A stretch of DNA of 64,000 bases, taken from positions 109 to 64,108 of the forward strand of contig JBILPB010000002.1 in NCBI GenBank assembly GCA_044374175.1, in the 5' to 3' direction. The notes below the pieces were generated by a model that made no database searches, was not told where the DNA came from, and worked only from the letters and a program-made list of their open reading frames with translations. A program made the translations under genes and the position numbers. Numbering within the stretch: the stretch's first letter is position 1; every line of letters begins with the position of its first letter. Positions 28,382-38,489 of this stretch are shown in pieces. This DNA is from Bacteroidia bacterium (lineage in GTDB: Bacteria; Bacteroidota; Bacteroidia; UBA4408).

Positions 28382-29056
28382 ATGAGAAATAATACCCTAA
28401 TCTGTTTTAATTTGAAGTTAAAATATGTAGTTTTCTCTTTATTTCTTTGCTCACTCATTGATGCAAAAGCCCAGTTTTTTCAGGGAGTTGGACTCACCCT
28501 AGGAGGAAATATGAGTAACCAGCGTTGGCAAATTGATACCTTGGATTACAATAAAAATCAAAAATTTAAATTTGGATTTAATGGTAGTTTGTTTGTTGAA
28601 TATATCAATCATGAGTATGTTAGAATGATTACCGAAGTACAGTATTTTCAAGAGGGAAGCAAAAGCAAACTCACAGGAGATAAAATTAAAACTGATTACG
28701 CCTGCTTTAATAATTTTTTAAAATTACGGCAAGAGTTATATGATGTGACACCCTATTTTTTAATGGGTCCTAAATTTAAGTACATTGTCGGACAGTCTGT
28801 TTTTGCTGGTTTCAGGCCAATGCATTTTAGTATGTATGCTGGTATTGGGATGGAATTTTTGTACAAACGCCCTTGGATATTTTTTGTTGAAGCAGGCTAC
28901 GACCACGATATTAACAGAGCTTTAAAACAAGAGTTTGTAGCCATCACCAATAAAACAATCAGTTTAAGGGTTGGCCTTAAATACCAGATCAAAAAGAAAG
29001 CCAAAGGATGCAGAACAGGAGGCTTTAGACCCGATTTTCCTAAGAGTAGTGACTAG
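28382..29056 (+). CDS. Small outer-membrane beta-barrel protein of the porin-family / OMP_b-brl-like type. It may be a PorP/SprF-like partner of the upstream type-B CTD protein.
   Basis: The protein is 224 aa. It has a signal peptide ending …IDAKAQ, alternating hydrophobic beta-strand patterning, and a C-terminal aromatic-rich strand. Its position immediately downstream of a type-B CTD cargo is typical of PorP/SprF partners. It is shorter than typical PorP, which is about 300 aa. Confidence 0.45.
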   Translation: MRNNTLICFNLKLKYVVFSLFLCSLIDAKAQFFQGVGLTLGGNMSNQRWQIDTLDYNKNQKFKFGFNGSLFVEYINHEYVRMITEVQYFQEGSKSKLTGDKIKTDYACFNNFLKLRQELYDVTPYFLMGPKFKYIVGQSVFAGFRPMHFSMYAGIGMEFLYKRPWIFFVEAGYDHDINRALKQEFVAITNKTISLRVGLKYQIKKKAKGCRTGGFRPDFPKSSD

Positions 29057-29062
29057 ATTAAT

Positions 29063-29121
29063 GTGCCAATGAGCCAATGAGCCAATGAGCCAATGTGCCA
29101 ATGCCGAGGCTTCGACAGGCA
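29063..29121. repeat. Octamer microsatellite (GCCAATGA/GCCAATGT, about 5 copies) followed by the motif AATGCCGAGGCTTCGACAGGCAT.
   Basis: It was read directly from the sequence. The terminal motif is related to AATGCCGAAGTTTAGGCAGC in the 38.5-kb repeat locus and to the start of each 119-bp unit (AAACAATGCCTAAGATTCAGCA). Confidence 0.8.
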
Positions 29122-29131
29122 TGTGACAATT

Positions 29132-29625
29132 AAACAATGCCTAAGATTCAGCAAAAAATGGATGTTATTCTACTTTGCGCTCTTTGCGACTTCTCAGTGT
29201 ACTTTGCGGTTAATAATCTGTGCAGCTGTGGCAAAAAACAATGTATCATGAAACAATGCCTAATATTCAGCAAAAAATGGAAGTGATTCTACTTTGCGCA
29301 CTTTGCGACTTCTCAGCGCACTTTGCGGTTAATAATCTGTGCATCTGTGGCAAAAACAATGTATCATGAAACAATGTCTAGGCTTCAGCAAAAAATGGAA
29401 GTGATTCTACTTTGCGCTCTTTGCGACTTCTCAGTGTACTTTGCGGTTAATAATCTGTGCATCTGTGGCAAAACAATGTATCATGAAACAATGTCTGGGC
29501 TTCAGCAAAAAATGGAAGTGATTCTACTTTGCGCTCTTTGCGACTTCTCAGTGTACTTTGCGGTTAATAATCTGTGCATCTGTGGCAAAAAACAATGTAT
29601 CATGAAACAATGCCGCGTTATAAGC
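29132..29625. repeat. Tandem array of four full copies and one partial copy of a ~119-bp non-coding unit.
   Basis: The units are 29132-29250, 29251-29368, 29369-29485 and 29486-29604, with a partial copy at 29605-29625. They are about 90-95% identical and differ by 1-2-nt length changes. Each unit carries three spaced CTTTGCG motifs, one AACAATG at its start, and ends AACAATGTATCATGA. The tracked ORF at 29323..29631 is a repeat artefact because the frame shifts between units. Confidence 0.85.
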
Positions 29626-29758
29626 ATATAATATAAGAATTCTGGCTTCTAAGCAAAAAGTTAGAAAAAAATAAATGCCGATTGACTATTTCAACAGTCT
29701 TTTAAAAATTATTGCTATTTGTAAAAAAGCCTCGTAATTTTGCAAATAAAATTAAACC

Positions 29759-30841
29759 ATGTTTTTGCACAATAGAGTCAATAAAAAGGAACTAAAAGAG
29801 CGCTTAAAAAGTGACACCACAGCGCGAAAAACAATTTCATTTTATAGATACGTAATTTTAGAAAATGCGTCAGAATTAAGAGATAAATTATACAAAGATT
29901 TATCGGCCATGAATGCCTTAGGAAGAATATATTTAGCCTACGAAGGTATCAATGCGCAAATGAGCGTCCCCACAGCTTTTTATCAAAACTTTCTGGCATA
30001 TTTAAATTCTTACCAGGAGTTTAATATTATGCCCATTAAAGCAGGTGTTGAAGATGATGGCAAATCATTTTATAAATTGGCCATCAAAGTGCGTAAAAAA
30101 ATTGTGGCCGATGGTTTAGAAGATGGCACTTTTGATGTAACCAATGTGGGCAACCATTTAGATGCTGTACAATTTAATGAGGCACTCGAATTACCAGGAA
30201 CGGTTGTGGTAGACATGCGCAACCATTACGAAACAGAAATCGGCCATTTTGAAAATGCGATATGCCCCGATGTAGATACTTTTAGAGAAGAATTGCCAAT
30301 GGTTGCCGAAATGCTTAAGGATAAAAAAGACCATAAAATTTTAATGTATTGCACTGGCGGTATTAGATGCGAAAAAGCAAGCGCCTATCTAAAACACAAA
30401 GGTTTTTCTGATGTAAATCAATTGCATGGCGGTATTATTGAATATGCGCGCCAAGTAAAGGAGCAACAGTTGCCCATAAAATTTAAAGGTAAAAATTTTG
30501 TTTTTGATGAACGCTTAGGAGAAAGAATTAGCGAGGAAATTATTAGTAAATGTCACCAATGTGGTGCAGTGTGCGATACGCATACTAATTGCGCAAATGA
30601 CGATTGTCATTTGTTATTTATTCAATGCGAATCATGCAAAAAAACAATGCAGGGTTGTTGCAGTGATGCTTGTATGGAAATCATTAATTTACCCATCGAA
30701 AAGCAAAGAGTAATTAGAAAAGGCAGACCCAAAGAAGACTCATTAAGTGTTTATAAAAGCAGGCTCCGCCCCAATTTAAGTGAGCAATTGAACAATGGTA
30801 TCACTATGCATATGAATCAAAAAAATATGAATTTGAAATAA
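29759..30841 (+). CDS. trhO: tRNA uridine(34) hydroxylase (rhodanese-domain protein, YceA/UPF0176 family).
   Basis: The 360-aa protein is collinear with E. coli YceA/TrhO. Examples are ISFYRY, GRIYLAYEGINAQMSVP, DDGKSF, DMRNHYETEIGHFENA, the rhodanese active site MYCTGGIRCEKASAYLK, GGIIEYAR, GKNFVFDERLGERIS, and the C-terminal Cys cluster CHQCGA.CD.HTNC.NDDCHLLFIQC. Confidence 0.9.
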   Translation: MFLHNRVNKKELKERLKSDTTARKTISFYRYVILENASELRDKLYKDLSAMNALGRIYLAYEGINAQMSVPTAFYQNFLAYLNSYQEFNIMPIKAGVEDDGKSFYKLAIKVRKKIVADGLEDGTFDVTNVGNHLDAVQFNEALELPGTVVVDMRNHYETEIGHFENAICPDVDTFREELPMVAEMLKDKKDHKILMYCTGGIRCEKASAYLKHKGFSDVNQLHGGIIEYARQVKEQQLPIKFKGKNFVFDERLGERISEEIISKCHQCGAVCDTHTNCANDDCHLLFIQCESCKKTMQGCCSDACMEIINLPIEKQRVIRKGRPKEDSLSVYKSRLRPNLSEQLNNGITMHMNQKNMNLK

Positions 30842-30915
30842 TCTTGGCTAGATTTCTAATACTGAATTTTGGTGTATTTCAATAGACTTTTATTACGGTA
30901 TTTTCTTGTCAAATC

Positions 30916-32133
30916 CTATTTGGTTTTCATGAGCAATGAGCTATCCCCATAGCTTAAAAAACGATAGTCATTTTCTAAAGCTTCTTTGTAAATATTTTCC
31001 CAATTTTTACCTGTTACTGATGCAATAAGTAAAAGCAAGGTGCTTTTTGGTTGATGAAAATTTGTAATTAATCCTTCTGCAATTTTTAACTTGTATTCAG
31101 GTGTAATCATTATTTGCGTTTTAGAGATTAAACGCGTGGCATTGTTTTTTTTCATCCAATTGATTAATGATGAAATGGCATCGAAGGTGCTAATATCTTG
31201 CCTCATTTCGTAGGCTTCCCATTGTTTAATGTGGAGTTCTTTTAAGGAAATATCATTATTCTGCATACATTTTACACCCATCCAGTATAAACTCTCAATA
31301 GTTCTTAGGGAAGTAGTCCCCACAACAATTATTTTCCCTAAGTGTAATAATATATTTTCAATGCTCGTTATGGATACATCAATCAACTCTTCGTGCATTT
31401 CATGATCTTTATAATGCGCACTTGTTATAGGTTTAAAAGTGCCAGCACCTACATGCAATGTTACATAGGTAGTTTCAATATTTTTTTGATGAATGCGTTG
31501 CATTACTTCCTCTGTAAAATGCAAGCCTGCAGTTGGTGCAGCTACTGATCCACTGTGTTTTGCATATACCGTTTGATAGCGCAATTCGTCTTCTTCATTT
31601 GCTTTTCTATTCATGTAAGGAGGCAAGGGCAATTCGCCCGAAATCTCTAGAATTTCAGCAAATGTTATTTCATTATGCTGCCATTCAAAGGCAATGTGAA
31701 ATAAATCTGATTTTCGCTCCACTAAAGTAGCATTTATACTTATTTCAGTATTATTGAATACAAACTTACTGGTTAATTTGCCCGATTTCCATTTTTTTGC
31801 TCCACCAACCATACACATCCATTCGCACTGATGGCTTGCCGACAGTGCTATAGACGGGTCATTCCCATCGGTGGGCTCCAAACAAAACACCTCTATGGGC
31901 CTTCCTTTTTCAGTAAAAAAGTGCAAGCGCGCATGAAAAACTTTTGTGTTATTAAAAACCAGTAAGCTGCCTTCCTCTATATGGCTTGAGATATCAATAA
32001 AAAGCTGATGGCTTATAGTATTGTTCTTGTAAACTAGTAGCTTTGAATCATGACGAACTGGAAGTGGAAATGATGCAATTTTTTCGGAAGGTAAATTATA
32101 ATCTAAAGTCTCTGCTTTAAACTCCATCTGCAA
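30916..32133 (-). CDS. queA: S-adenosylmethionine:tRNA ribosyltransferase-isomerase.
   Basis: The protein is 405 aa. Motifs LLVFNNTKV, GELPLPPYM, YQTVYAKHSGSVAAPTAGLHFT, LHVGAGTFKP, VGTTSLRTIES, ITNFHQPKSTLLLLIAS and YRFLSYGDS are collinear with E. coli QueA. Confidence 0.9.
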   Translation of the reverse strand: MQMEFKAETLDYNLPSEKIASFPLPVRHDSKLLVYKNNTISHQLFIDISSHIEEGSLLVFNNTKVFHARLHFFTEKGRPIEVFCLEPTDGNDPSIALSASHQCEWMCMVGGAKKWKSGKLTSKFVFNNTEISINATLVERKSDLFHIAFEWQHNEITFAEILEISGELPLPPYMNRKANEEDELRYQTVYAKHSGSVAAPTAGLHFTEEVMQRIHQKNIETTYVTLHVGAGTFKPITSAHYKDHEMHEELIDVSITSIENILLHLGKIIVVGTTSLRTIESLYWMGVKCMQNNDISLKELHIKQWEAYEMRQDISTFDAISSLINWMKKNNATRLISKTQIMITPEYKLKIAEGLITNFHQPKSTLLLLIASVTGKNWENIYKEALENDYRFLSYGDSSLLMKTK

Positions 32134-32158
32134 AAAAATATTTTGTAATTAACTGAGC

Positions 32159-32389
32159 TTAAATATCCCAAACACTGTTTCTTTTGATTTTATTGGGCTT
32201 GAAGTAATGTTTATGCTCAAGAATAAATGCCATAATAAAATATATAATAATTGGCGAACCTACTGCAAAGAAACTTAAATAGATAAAATACATTCTAATA
32301 CTGGTACTTTTAATACCCAGTTTTTTACCCCACCAGGTACAAACACCAAAGGCATGTTGCTCAAACCAAGCAGTAGTTTTTTGAATCAT
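32159..32389 (-). CDS. PspC-domain small membrane protein.
   Basis: The protein is 76 aa. A PspC-like N-terminus (GVCTWWGKKLGIKSTSIRMYFI) is followed by one TM helix. Confidence 0.5.
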   Translation of the reverse strand: MIQKTTAWFEQHAFGVCTWWGKKLGIKSTSIRMYFIYLSFFAVGSPIIIYFIMAFILEHKHYFKPNKIKRNSVWDI

Positions 32390-32413
32390 TTTTTTATATT
32401 GTATAATGCAAAG

Positions 32414-33691
32414 TTAATTATTTTTTATAATAAAATGCCCAATCCCGCATTGCAAGCATTTTTTTAAATCGCAATGGTTGTTTTTTAATTCTATTAATGC
32501 TTGCGATTGAAGTGCGTTTTCAGCCTTTATCCCTAAAGCATTCCACAATTGTGTAATGGTATTTTTTTCGGGATTTATTTTTTCTAAAAGTTGGAGTGCT
32601 AATTCACATTTTTCTTCATTCCCATAGTGTTTTCCGTAAACAAAAATAAAGGGCACAATGGTATTAATAATTAAATTTTCGATGGCGGTGTTGCCAATAT
32701 TTTTTTTAAGAGGAAGTGCTGAAGCATTAAAAGTATAATGGTTGTCCCAATAAGGCGATGCAGCTACTTTAAATAATTTAATAAGTTCAGTGGGTGCTTG
32801 AGTAGCAATTATCTTCGAAAATAAATGTGATGATTGATGTATAAGCGCAGCAAATTGAGCAATTCTAATGGTGGGGAAATTCACAGGCCGCATTCTGGAT
32901 AATTTCCATAGGTGCCCATCAATGCCATTTAATTGATATTTCTTTTTAAGATAAGCATACTCATTTTGCAGCAATAAAGGATAACTTTCAGTAAAGGTAT
33001 CATTTAAAAAACCAGCTTGACCAAACAATAATGCCTCTAATTGTTGTAAATTTCCTTTATGTTTTGCTATGATAGACAGAGGCGTGTTTCTGGCCAGTAA
33101 CTCAAAAGGTACTTGATTTACTTTAAATCCAAAATTGGCGGCCAATTGCATATAAAAACTCTGCTCCCAATTGTTTTGGTTTTCGGCCAATAAGTTTTCT
33201 ATATGTTGCGATTTATGCGCAAGCCTGCTCACTATAATCTTTTCGAGGTAGGTATGAACAAATGCTTTAGGTACATGGGATATGCTTTTTTCGCATGCTA
33301 TTTTGGTATGATGCTCTTTAAATGTTTTATATTTATTGATTACTTCTTTAGGAATATGGTCCTTCAAAACCAGTGTTTTGATTGGTGTTCCATCAGCATG
33401 TAAAAGATGTTTGTCATTTAAATATACTACGTGTAATATTATATTTTGAAAGCTTAGATCGTTTTGATGTTTGTGCAATAACCAATCTGATGATTTTACA
33501 TGTAACTCCACATTGCCAGCCCATAAGGTATTGTCAATTTTAATTTTAGCGTTAAAAAAATCGGGGCCGGCATTTAAATTGTGCATTCCAACCTGCACTA
33601 TTGTAATTGATTCACCTGCTGTAGTCTGTAAATTGCTGCTGTCAAACAATTTCATTTTCCAAATATATTGAAACAAATCTTCAAGCATCAT
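32414..33691 (-). CDS. Conserved hypothetical protein, DUF2851-like, with a C-terminal CxxC.
   Basis: The protein is 425 aa. The N-terminus reads LFQYIWKMKLF…GPDFFNAKIKID…W.GNVELHVKSSDW..HKH, as I recall for Bacteroidota DUF2851 members. The C-terminal motif reads CDLKKCLQCGIG. The family assignment is from memory only. Confidence 0.4.
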   Translation of the reverse strand: MMLEDLFQYIWKMKLFDSSNLQTTAGESITIVQVGMHNLNAGPDFFNAKIKIDNTLWAGNVELHVKSSDWLLHKHQNDLSFQNIILHVVYLNDKHLLHADGTPIKTLVLKDHIPKEVINKYKTFKEHHTKIACEKSISHVPKAFVHTYLEKIIVSRLAHKSQHIENLLAENQNNWEQSFYMQLAANFGFKVNQVPFELLARNTPLSIIAKHKGNLQQLEALLFGQAGFLNDTFTESYPLLLQNEYAYLKKKYQLNGIDGHLWKLSRMRPVNFPTIRIAQFAALIHQSSHLFSKIIATQAPTELIKLFKVAASPYWDNHYTFNASALPLKKNIGNTAIENLIINTIVPFIFVYGKHYGNEEKCELALQLLEKINPEKNTITQLWNALGIKAENALQSQALIELKNNHCDLKKCLQCGIGHFIIKNN

Positions 33692-33950
33692 GGCTTTAAA
33701 TTTTATAGATAAGTGGTTTAGGGTTAAAATTTATTTCTTAACAAATGTAGGCAAAAAATGCTATTTGAGGCGCCTTTTAGCCTATTTTAAATGTGTAAAA
33801 CTTATTATGAACTAAAGGGCTAAATAAATAAAACTTATTAGATTTGTGTCATTAAGATTATGTTAAATATTTTATTTAATCTTTAAATATTATTTGCCAA
33901 AATAGTATTTTGTTAGCTAATTAACTGTAAACGATAACAATAATATACTT

Positions 33951-34805
33951 ATGAAATATTTTTTTTTAATTTTACTTTTACTCATAAACCTATCGGGTGC
34001 GCTGGCGCAAGATAATCAACCAACCATCAATAAATTATGGAGCAGAGGTGAAGGTATTAAAAACTATGTTTTTGATATTGAACCCGACAGTGTAACTTTC
34101 AATTTTTCTGAAAAAGATAAGTGGTTGGCCAGTGATATTAAGGCATACGGACTGGTTTCATTTACTGAAAAAGGGAATGAAGGAAGACTCATTGTGAGAA
34201 GAGATAGTTTAGGAATAGAGCATTTTAGAACAATCGATATGATGAACCTGACATTAGATTCATTGAAATTATTTTTACATCCAGAGTATTTTGCCGACAA
34301 AGAACAAGCCGCAAATGCACCAGCTAAAAAGATAAACGAGTTAAAAACATTTTTCACTACCGAATATTTATACTTAAAGAAAGTAGAAGAAAAGGCGCCT
34401 AGCCTAAAGAAAAGTGATTACATCAACTTTTTAAAAGACGCACAGGCAGAATCAAAGAAAAGAGCAACAGCAAAAACATTGGTGCTTGACCCTAAAAAAA
34501 CAATTGATAAAAGAATAGAAGAATTTTTATTCACTTTTGCTAAAGAAAAGCAGTTTCGTGGAAAAATATTCCCTAATAATTTAGAAAAGGCAATTAAAGC
34601 ATACGCTAAAGACGAAAATGTAAAGAAATTACAAGCCAGCATTAAAACTAATTTTGTGGTTAAGAAAACTGCCGAAACTGAAGTGAGCAAAGATCCTAAG
34701 GGCAAAACACCCACCAAAAAAGATGACGATAAAGCAACTAGTAAAAAGGAAAAACCTTCTAATGATTTAATTATTAAAACAGAAGATAAGAAAATCAAGA
34801 AATAA
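33951..34805 (+). CDS. Secreted hypothetical protein with a lysine-rich, low-complexity C-terminal tail.
   Basis: The protein is 284 aa. The signal peptide is MKYFFLILLLLINLSGALAQ. The C-terminal 60 aa are K/D/E/T-rich (…KDPKGKTPTKKDDDKATSKKEKPSND…). Confidence 0.4.
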   Translation: MKYFFLILLLLINLSGALAQDNQPTINKLWSRGEGIKNYVFDIEPDSVTFNFSEKDKWLASDIKAYGLVSFTEKGNEGRLIVRRDSLGIEHFRTIDMMNLTLDSLKLFLHPEYFADKEQAANAPAKKINELKTFFTTEYLYLKKVEEKAPSLKKSDYINFLKDAQAESKKRATAKTLVLDPKKTIDKRIEEFLFTFAKEKQFRGKIFPNNLEKAIKAYAKDENVKKLQASIKTNFVVKKTAETEVSKDPKGKTPTKKDDDKATSKKEKPSNDLIIKTEDKKIKK

Positions 34806-34893
34806 TTACAGTAAAGCGTAAAATGATTTAATTTGTCGAAACACAATTATGTTTTAACACTGAAAAAGTATTACATTTGTTCATTATCTAAGT

Positions 34894-35394
34894 ATGATGA
34901 ACGAAACTACATTATCTGCCGTTGATGCACTTATTGCCTCATTTGAAAAGGACACCTACACTGTAAAACACGTAGAAAGCTTGCTTAACTATTTGGTGGC
35001 GCTAAACGAAAAAGAAGATAGAACAACTATAAATGCAATAACAAAAGTGTTAAGTTTTTGCACTAAAGATTTTGTAATTGCCCCTATCATAAGTACTTTA
35101 AAAAGTATAGATTCCTCAAATGCCACCAAGGCATCACTTTTAGCAGTATGCTGGGAATCAGGCTTAGATTATACAAATAATTTAGATGTATTTGTTGATG
35201 CTTTAATCAAAGGAGATGAAGCGGTTGCCATCGAAGCATATACCATGATTATGGAATTTACATCTAAAAATGATAAATTAAAAGGTGCTATTGAAGTAAT
35301 TACAAATACCGACCAAAAATTATATACTCCTGCACAAAGAATCCTATTAAACGATAGTCTTCAACACCTGATAAATTTGTATAACCAACCATAG
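34894..35394 (+). CDS. Hypothetical cytoplasmic protein.
   Basis: The protein is 166 aa with no signal peptide and no motif that I recognise. Its coding potential is consistent with neighbouring genes. Confidence 0.35.
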   Translation: MMNETTLSAVDALIASFEKDTYTVKHVESLLNYLVALNEKEDRTTINAITKVLSFCTKDFVIAPIISTLKSIDSSNATKASLLAVCWESGLDYTNNLDVFVDALIKGDEAVAIEAYTMIMEFTSKNDKLKGAIEVITNTDQKLYTPAQRILLNDSLQHLINLYNQP

Positions 35395-35418
35395 AAAATC
35401 AATTATAAAACTGCAATT

Positions 35419-36096
35419 ATGAAAAATATATCAAAACTAATCCCAGCAATACTTCTTATTTTACCACTCTTTTTGAGTCAGTGTAAAAAATTAACCAATG
35501 AACCAGAATGCTTATTTCCGTCATCAATTGTTTTAGAAAATCTTACCAATGTATCTGTTGATGTAAAATGGGCTGCTGCTGAAGATGCAGAACAATATTT
35601 ATTCGAATATCGTAAAGTTGGAACGCCTACTTACACGGTTGTTAGAGTAACATCAGGAACCTCTACAAAAGTTATTAATTTGGCATCAGCCACAACCTAT
35701 GAATACCGGGTGCAAAGCAATTGCCCTGGTTCAAACTCTAGCTATTCACCTGTAAACCAATTTACCACTATTTCTAACAACCAGTTTTTTATTGTAAAAA
35801 AATGGAGAATGAAATTTTATAAAGAGAATAATGTACAAATAGCACTTGGCGCCAATGACTATATGGATTTTGCAACAGGAGGAGGTTTAACTCAATCATT
35901 AACGATTGGAGGATCACCTGCTGTAACAAGCGGTACTTGGTCATTATTTTCGGCCAATGATTCCGTAAGTATAAGCTTGAGTAATATAAGAAAATGGAAA
36001 ATTAAAACTTTGGATGCTGGTAACTTTTTATTAATTAAAGATGCTACCGCGCCACTTACAACTACAGATTCTTTAAAATTTGAATCATTTAATTAA
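35419..36096 (+). CDS. Lipoprotein with an FN3-like N-terminal domain.
   Basis: The protein is 225 aa. The lipoprotein signal is MKNISKLIPAILLILPLFLSQC. The FN3-like stretch reads …VSVDVKWAAAEDAEQYLFEYRKVG…TTYEYRVQSNCPGS. Confidence 0.4.
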   Translation: MKNISKLIPAILLILPLFLSQCKKLTNEPECLFPSSIVLENLTNVSVDVKWAAAEDAEQYLFEYRKVGTPTYTVVRVTSGTSTKVINLASATTYEYRVQSNCPGSNSSYSPVNQFTTISNNQFFIVKKWRMKFYKENNVQIALGANDYMDFATGGGLTQSLTIGGSPAVTSGTWSLFSANDSVSISLSNIRKWKIKTLDAGNFLLIKDATAPLTTTDSLKFESFN

Positions 36097-36976
36097 TAAG
36101 CACTGATGTCATAGTGATTGAGCCCATTAATGCTTTGTCATTAAACAAACTAAGTTGATCTTTTTCTGTTTTTAAAGCTAAAGTATATAATAAGGGTAAA
36201 AAATGATCTGGGCTAGGCACAGCCATAGTTACAGCTTTACCCAAGTTTTTATATTGCGTTAGTTTTTGATGATTGCCCGAAATAATCAAACCATTCAATT
36301 CTGCCTTTGCTTCTAAGGCCCAATCAAATCCATATGCTGGCTCATTCATTTTTTGCCAGTTGATTAAGCCTAAATTGTGTACAATATTTCCACTCCCAAT
36401 AATCAATACACCTTTGTGTCTTAATTGTTGCAACTCTTTGCCCAAATTGTAATGATAAGCTGCATCTTTGCGATAATCTAAACTCATTTGCACCACTGGA
36501 ATATCAGCATTTGGAAACATTGGTTTTAATATACTCCAGCAACCATGGTCTAAACCCCATTTTTCATCGAGTCCGATGCTAGTTTGTTTTATTATATCTT
36601 TTGTATTTTGAGCTAATGCTAAACTACCTAAGGCTGGGTATTGTACATCAAACAATGCTTGTGGGAATCCTCCAAAATCGTGTATTGTTTTTGGTTTGGG
36701 CATGGCCGTTACAAAAGTGCCTTCTGTTTCCCAATGTGCCGAAATACAAAGTATAGCTTGAGGTTTTGGTAAACTTGCACCAACTTGTTGCCATTTTTTA
36801 GTAAACTCATTGCTTTCAATGGCATTCATTGGACTACCATGACCAACAAATAATATCGGCATTTTTGCGCTGGGTTTAAGCGTGCTGGTGAATGAATTAA
36901 AAGCTTGTGTATTCATGGTATAGGCGGCTAAAGAAAATGCACTTAATTGTTGTATAAACTTTTTTCGGTTCATCAA
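36089..36976 (-). CDS. ygiD: 4,5-DOPA dioxygenase extradiol-like protein (class III extradiol dioxygenase, YgiD family).
   Basis: The 295-aa protein is collinear with E. coli YgiD. Examples are MPILFVGHGSPMNA, PQAILCISAHW, TIHDFGGFPQALFDVQYPA.GS.ALAQ, WGLDHGCW, DIPVVQMS, SGNIVHNL and PDHFLPLLY. Its N-terminus is signal-like. Confidence 0.88.
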   Translation of the reverse strand: MMNRKKFIQQLSAFSLAAYTMNTQAFNSFTSTLKPSAKMPILFVGHGSPMNAIESNEFTKKWQQVGASLPKPQAILCISAHWETEGTFVTAMPKPKTIHDFGGFPQALFDVQYPALGSLALAQNTKDIIKQTSIGLDEKWGLDHGCWSILKPMFPNADIPVVQMSLDYRKDAAYHYNLGKELQQLRHKGVLIIGSGNIVHNLGLINWQKMNEPAYGFDWALEAKAELNGLIISGNHQKLTQYKNLGKAVTMAVPSPDHFLPLLYTLALKTEKDQLSLFNDKALMGSITMTSVLIN

Positions 36977-37098
36977 ACTAAAATTAATTTAGGCGAAGTT
37001 CGGTTTTCAATAGCACTAAAACAATAACCTAAGTTAAGATTGTGAAATCCATCGAATGATGTAAATTTATCTATTAAATTTACCACCAAAATAATATC

Positions 37099-38454
37099 AT
37101 GAAAAAGTTAATATTACACCTATTTATTTTGTGTTCAAACAGATTGTTTGCACAAATAATTGCAGGCCCTATGTTAGGTTATGTAGAGCACAGAGAAGCC
37201 GCAGTTTGGGTAGAAACAGACAATAAAGTAAATAAGATTGGTATTCAATATTGGCCAAAAGAGGCGAGTGCTAACAAAAAAACTGTGCATTACAAAGGTA
37301 AGTTAAACAATAGGTACAATCCAGTTACAATAGTTTTGCCAGAGTTACTCATGAACACAAGCTATCAATACCAATTTGAAATTGATGGGAAAATTACGGC
37401 CTCCTCAAAAATATATGAATTTAAAACTAAAGATTTGTGGGAATGGCGCAAACCTGCTCCCGATTTTAAATTTCTTTACGGTTCATGTGTTTATTTAAAT
37501 GATTCTATCTATGATAGACCTGGTAAACCTTATGGTAAAAATGCAATGATGCTTGAAAAGATGGCCGATGTTGAGGCTGATTTTAATATTTGGGGTGGCG
37601 ATAATTTATACTTGCGTGAGGCTGATTACAGCAGTGCATCGGGCATTGAGTACAGATATAGTCATGATAGAGCTACAAAAGAGTACCAGCGTGTGCTTGC
37701 TATTAGGCCTAACTATGCTACTTGGGACGATCATGACTATGGGCCCAATGACTCAAATCATTCATTCGATTTAAAGCATGTTACCTATAATTGTTATAAG
37801 AATTATTTCCCTCAAAGATCATACGGAAATAATGGTTTGGATGGTATTTATCAAAGTTTTAAGTACAGCGATGCTCAATTTTTTATGATGGATGATCGGT
37901 TTTACAGGAGCGCCAATGAAATACCAGGAAGTATTAATGGTAAGTTTAATGAAGCAAAAAGCTACTATGGGAAACAACAATTAGATTGGTTAAAAAGTGC
38001 ACTTATTAGTAGTAACGCAGTGTTTAAGTTCATTGTTAATGGAGGACAAGTATTAAATGCGATTGCCGATAAAGAATGTTTAAGGAGTTATGATGCAGAA
38101 TTTAATGAGCTACTAAGTTTTATAATTGATAATAAAATTAATGGGGTATTGTTTTTAACGGGTGATAGACATTTTAGTGAAATGCACAAAATAACCACTC
38201 CCGGATTTTACGATTTGTATGATTTTACTTGTTCGCCTATTACATCAGGTGTTTATGCTGTTGATAAATCAAAAGAATTTATCAATCCAACAAGAGTTGA
38301 TAGCAGTTTATTTATTGGAAACAATTTTTCAAGAATAGGTATCTCGGGCTCAAAAAATGAACGTAAAATTACTTTTGAAATACTTGACCAGCAAGGTGAA
38401 AAGAAGTGGGAGTATACGATTAATCAAGCACAATTGGCCTTGCCAAAAGAATAG
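37099..38454 (+). CDS. PhoD-like alkaline phosphatase / calcineurin-like metallophosphoesterase.
   Basis: The protein is 451 aa and has a signal peptide. The metallophosphatase motifs GDNLY…, WDDHDYGPND and GDRHFSEM are present. Confidence 0.7.
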   Translation: MKKLILHLFILCSNRLFAQIIAGPMLGYVEHREAAVWVETDNKVNKIGIQYWPKEASANKKTVHYKGKLNNRYNPVTIVLPELLMNTSYQYQFEIDGKITASSKIYEFKTKDLWEWRKPAPDFKFLYGSCVYLNDSIYDRPGKPYGKNAMMLEKMADVEADFNIWGGDNLYLREADYSSASGIEYRYSHDRATKEYQRVLAIRPNYATWDDHDYGPNDSNHSFDLKHVTYNCYKNYFPQRSYGNNGLDGIYQSFKYSDAQFFMMDDRFYRSANEIPGSINGKFNEAKSYYGKQQLDWLKSALISSNAVFKFIVNGGQVLNAIADKECLRSYDAEFNELLSFIIDNKINGVLFLTGDRHFSEMHKITTPGFYDLYDFTCSPITSGVYAVDKSKEFINPTRVDSSLFIGNNFSRIGISGSKNERKITFEILDQQGEKKWEYTINQAQLALPKE

Positions 38455-38489
38455 TAAACTTATTTGTTTTATAAAACTTAAGCGCCAAC

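Noticed and set aside
29323-29631. Tracked 102-aa ORF with duplicated MYHETMS…CICGK segments.
   Set aside because: It lies entirely within the 119-bp tandem array. The units differ in length by 1-2 nt, so the frame is not preserved between copies. It is a repeat-derived artefact.
29056-29640. Possible CRISPR array, given the regularly repeated sequence.
   Set aside because: The units are about 119 bp and directly abutting, with no unique spacers. No cas genes lie nearby. It is a tandem minisatellite and not a CRISPR array.
29701-29758. Bacteroidota sigma-A promoter (-33 TTTG / -7 TAnnTTTG) upstream of trhO.
   Set aside because: TAATTTTG is present at 29735..29742. The nearest upstream TTTG is only 13 nt away, against the expected 19-21 nt, so I do not call a promoter.
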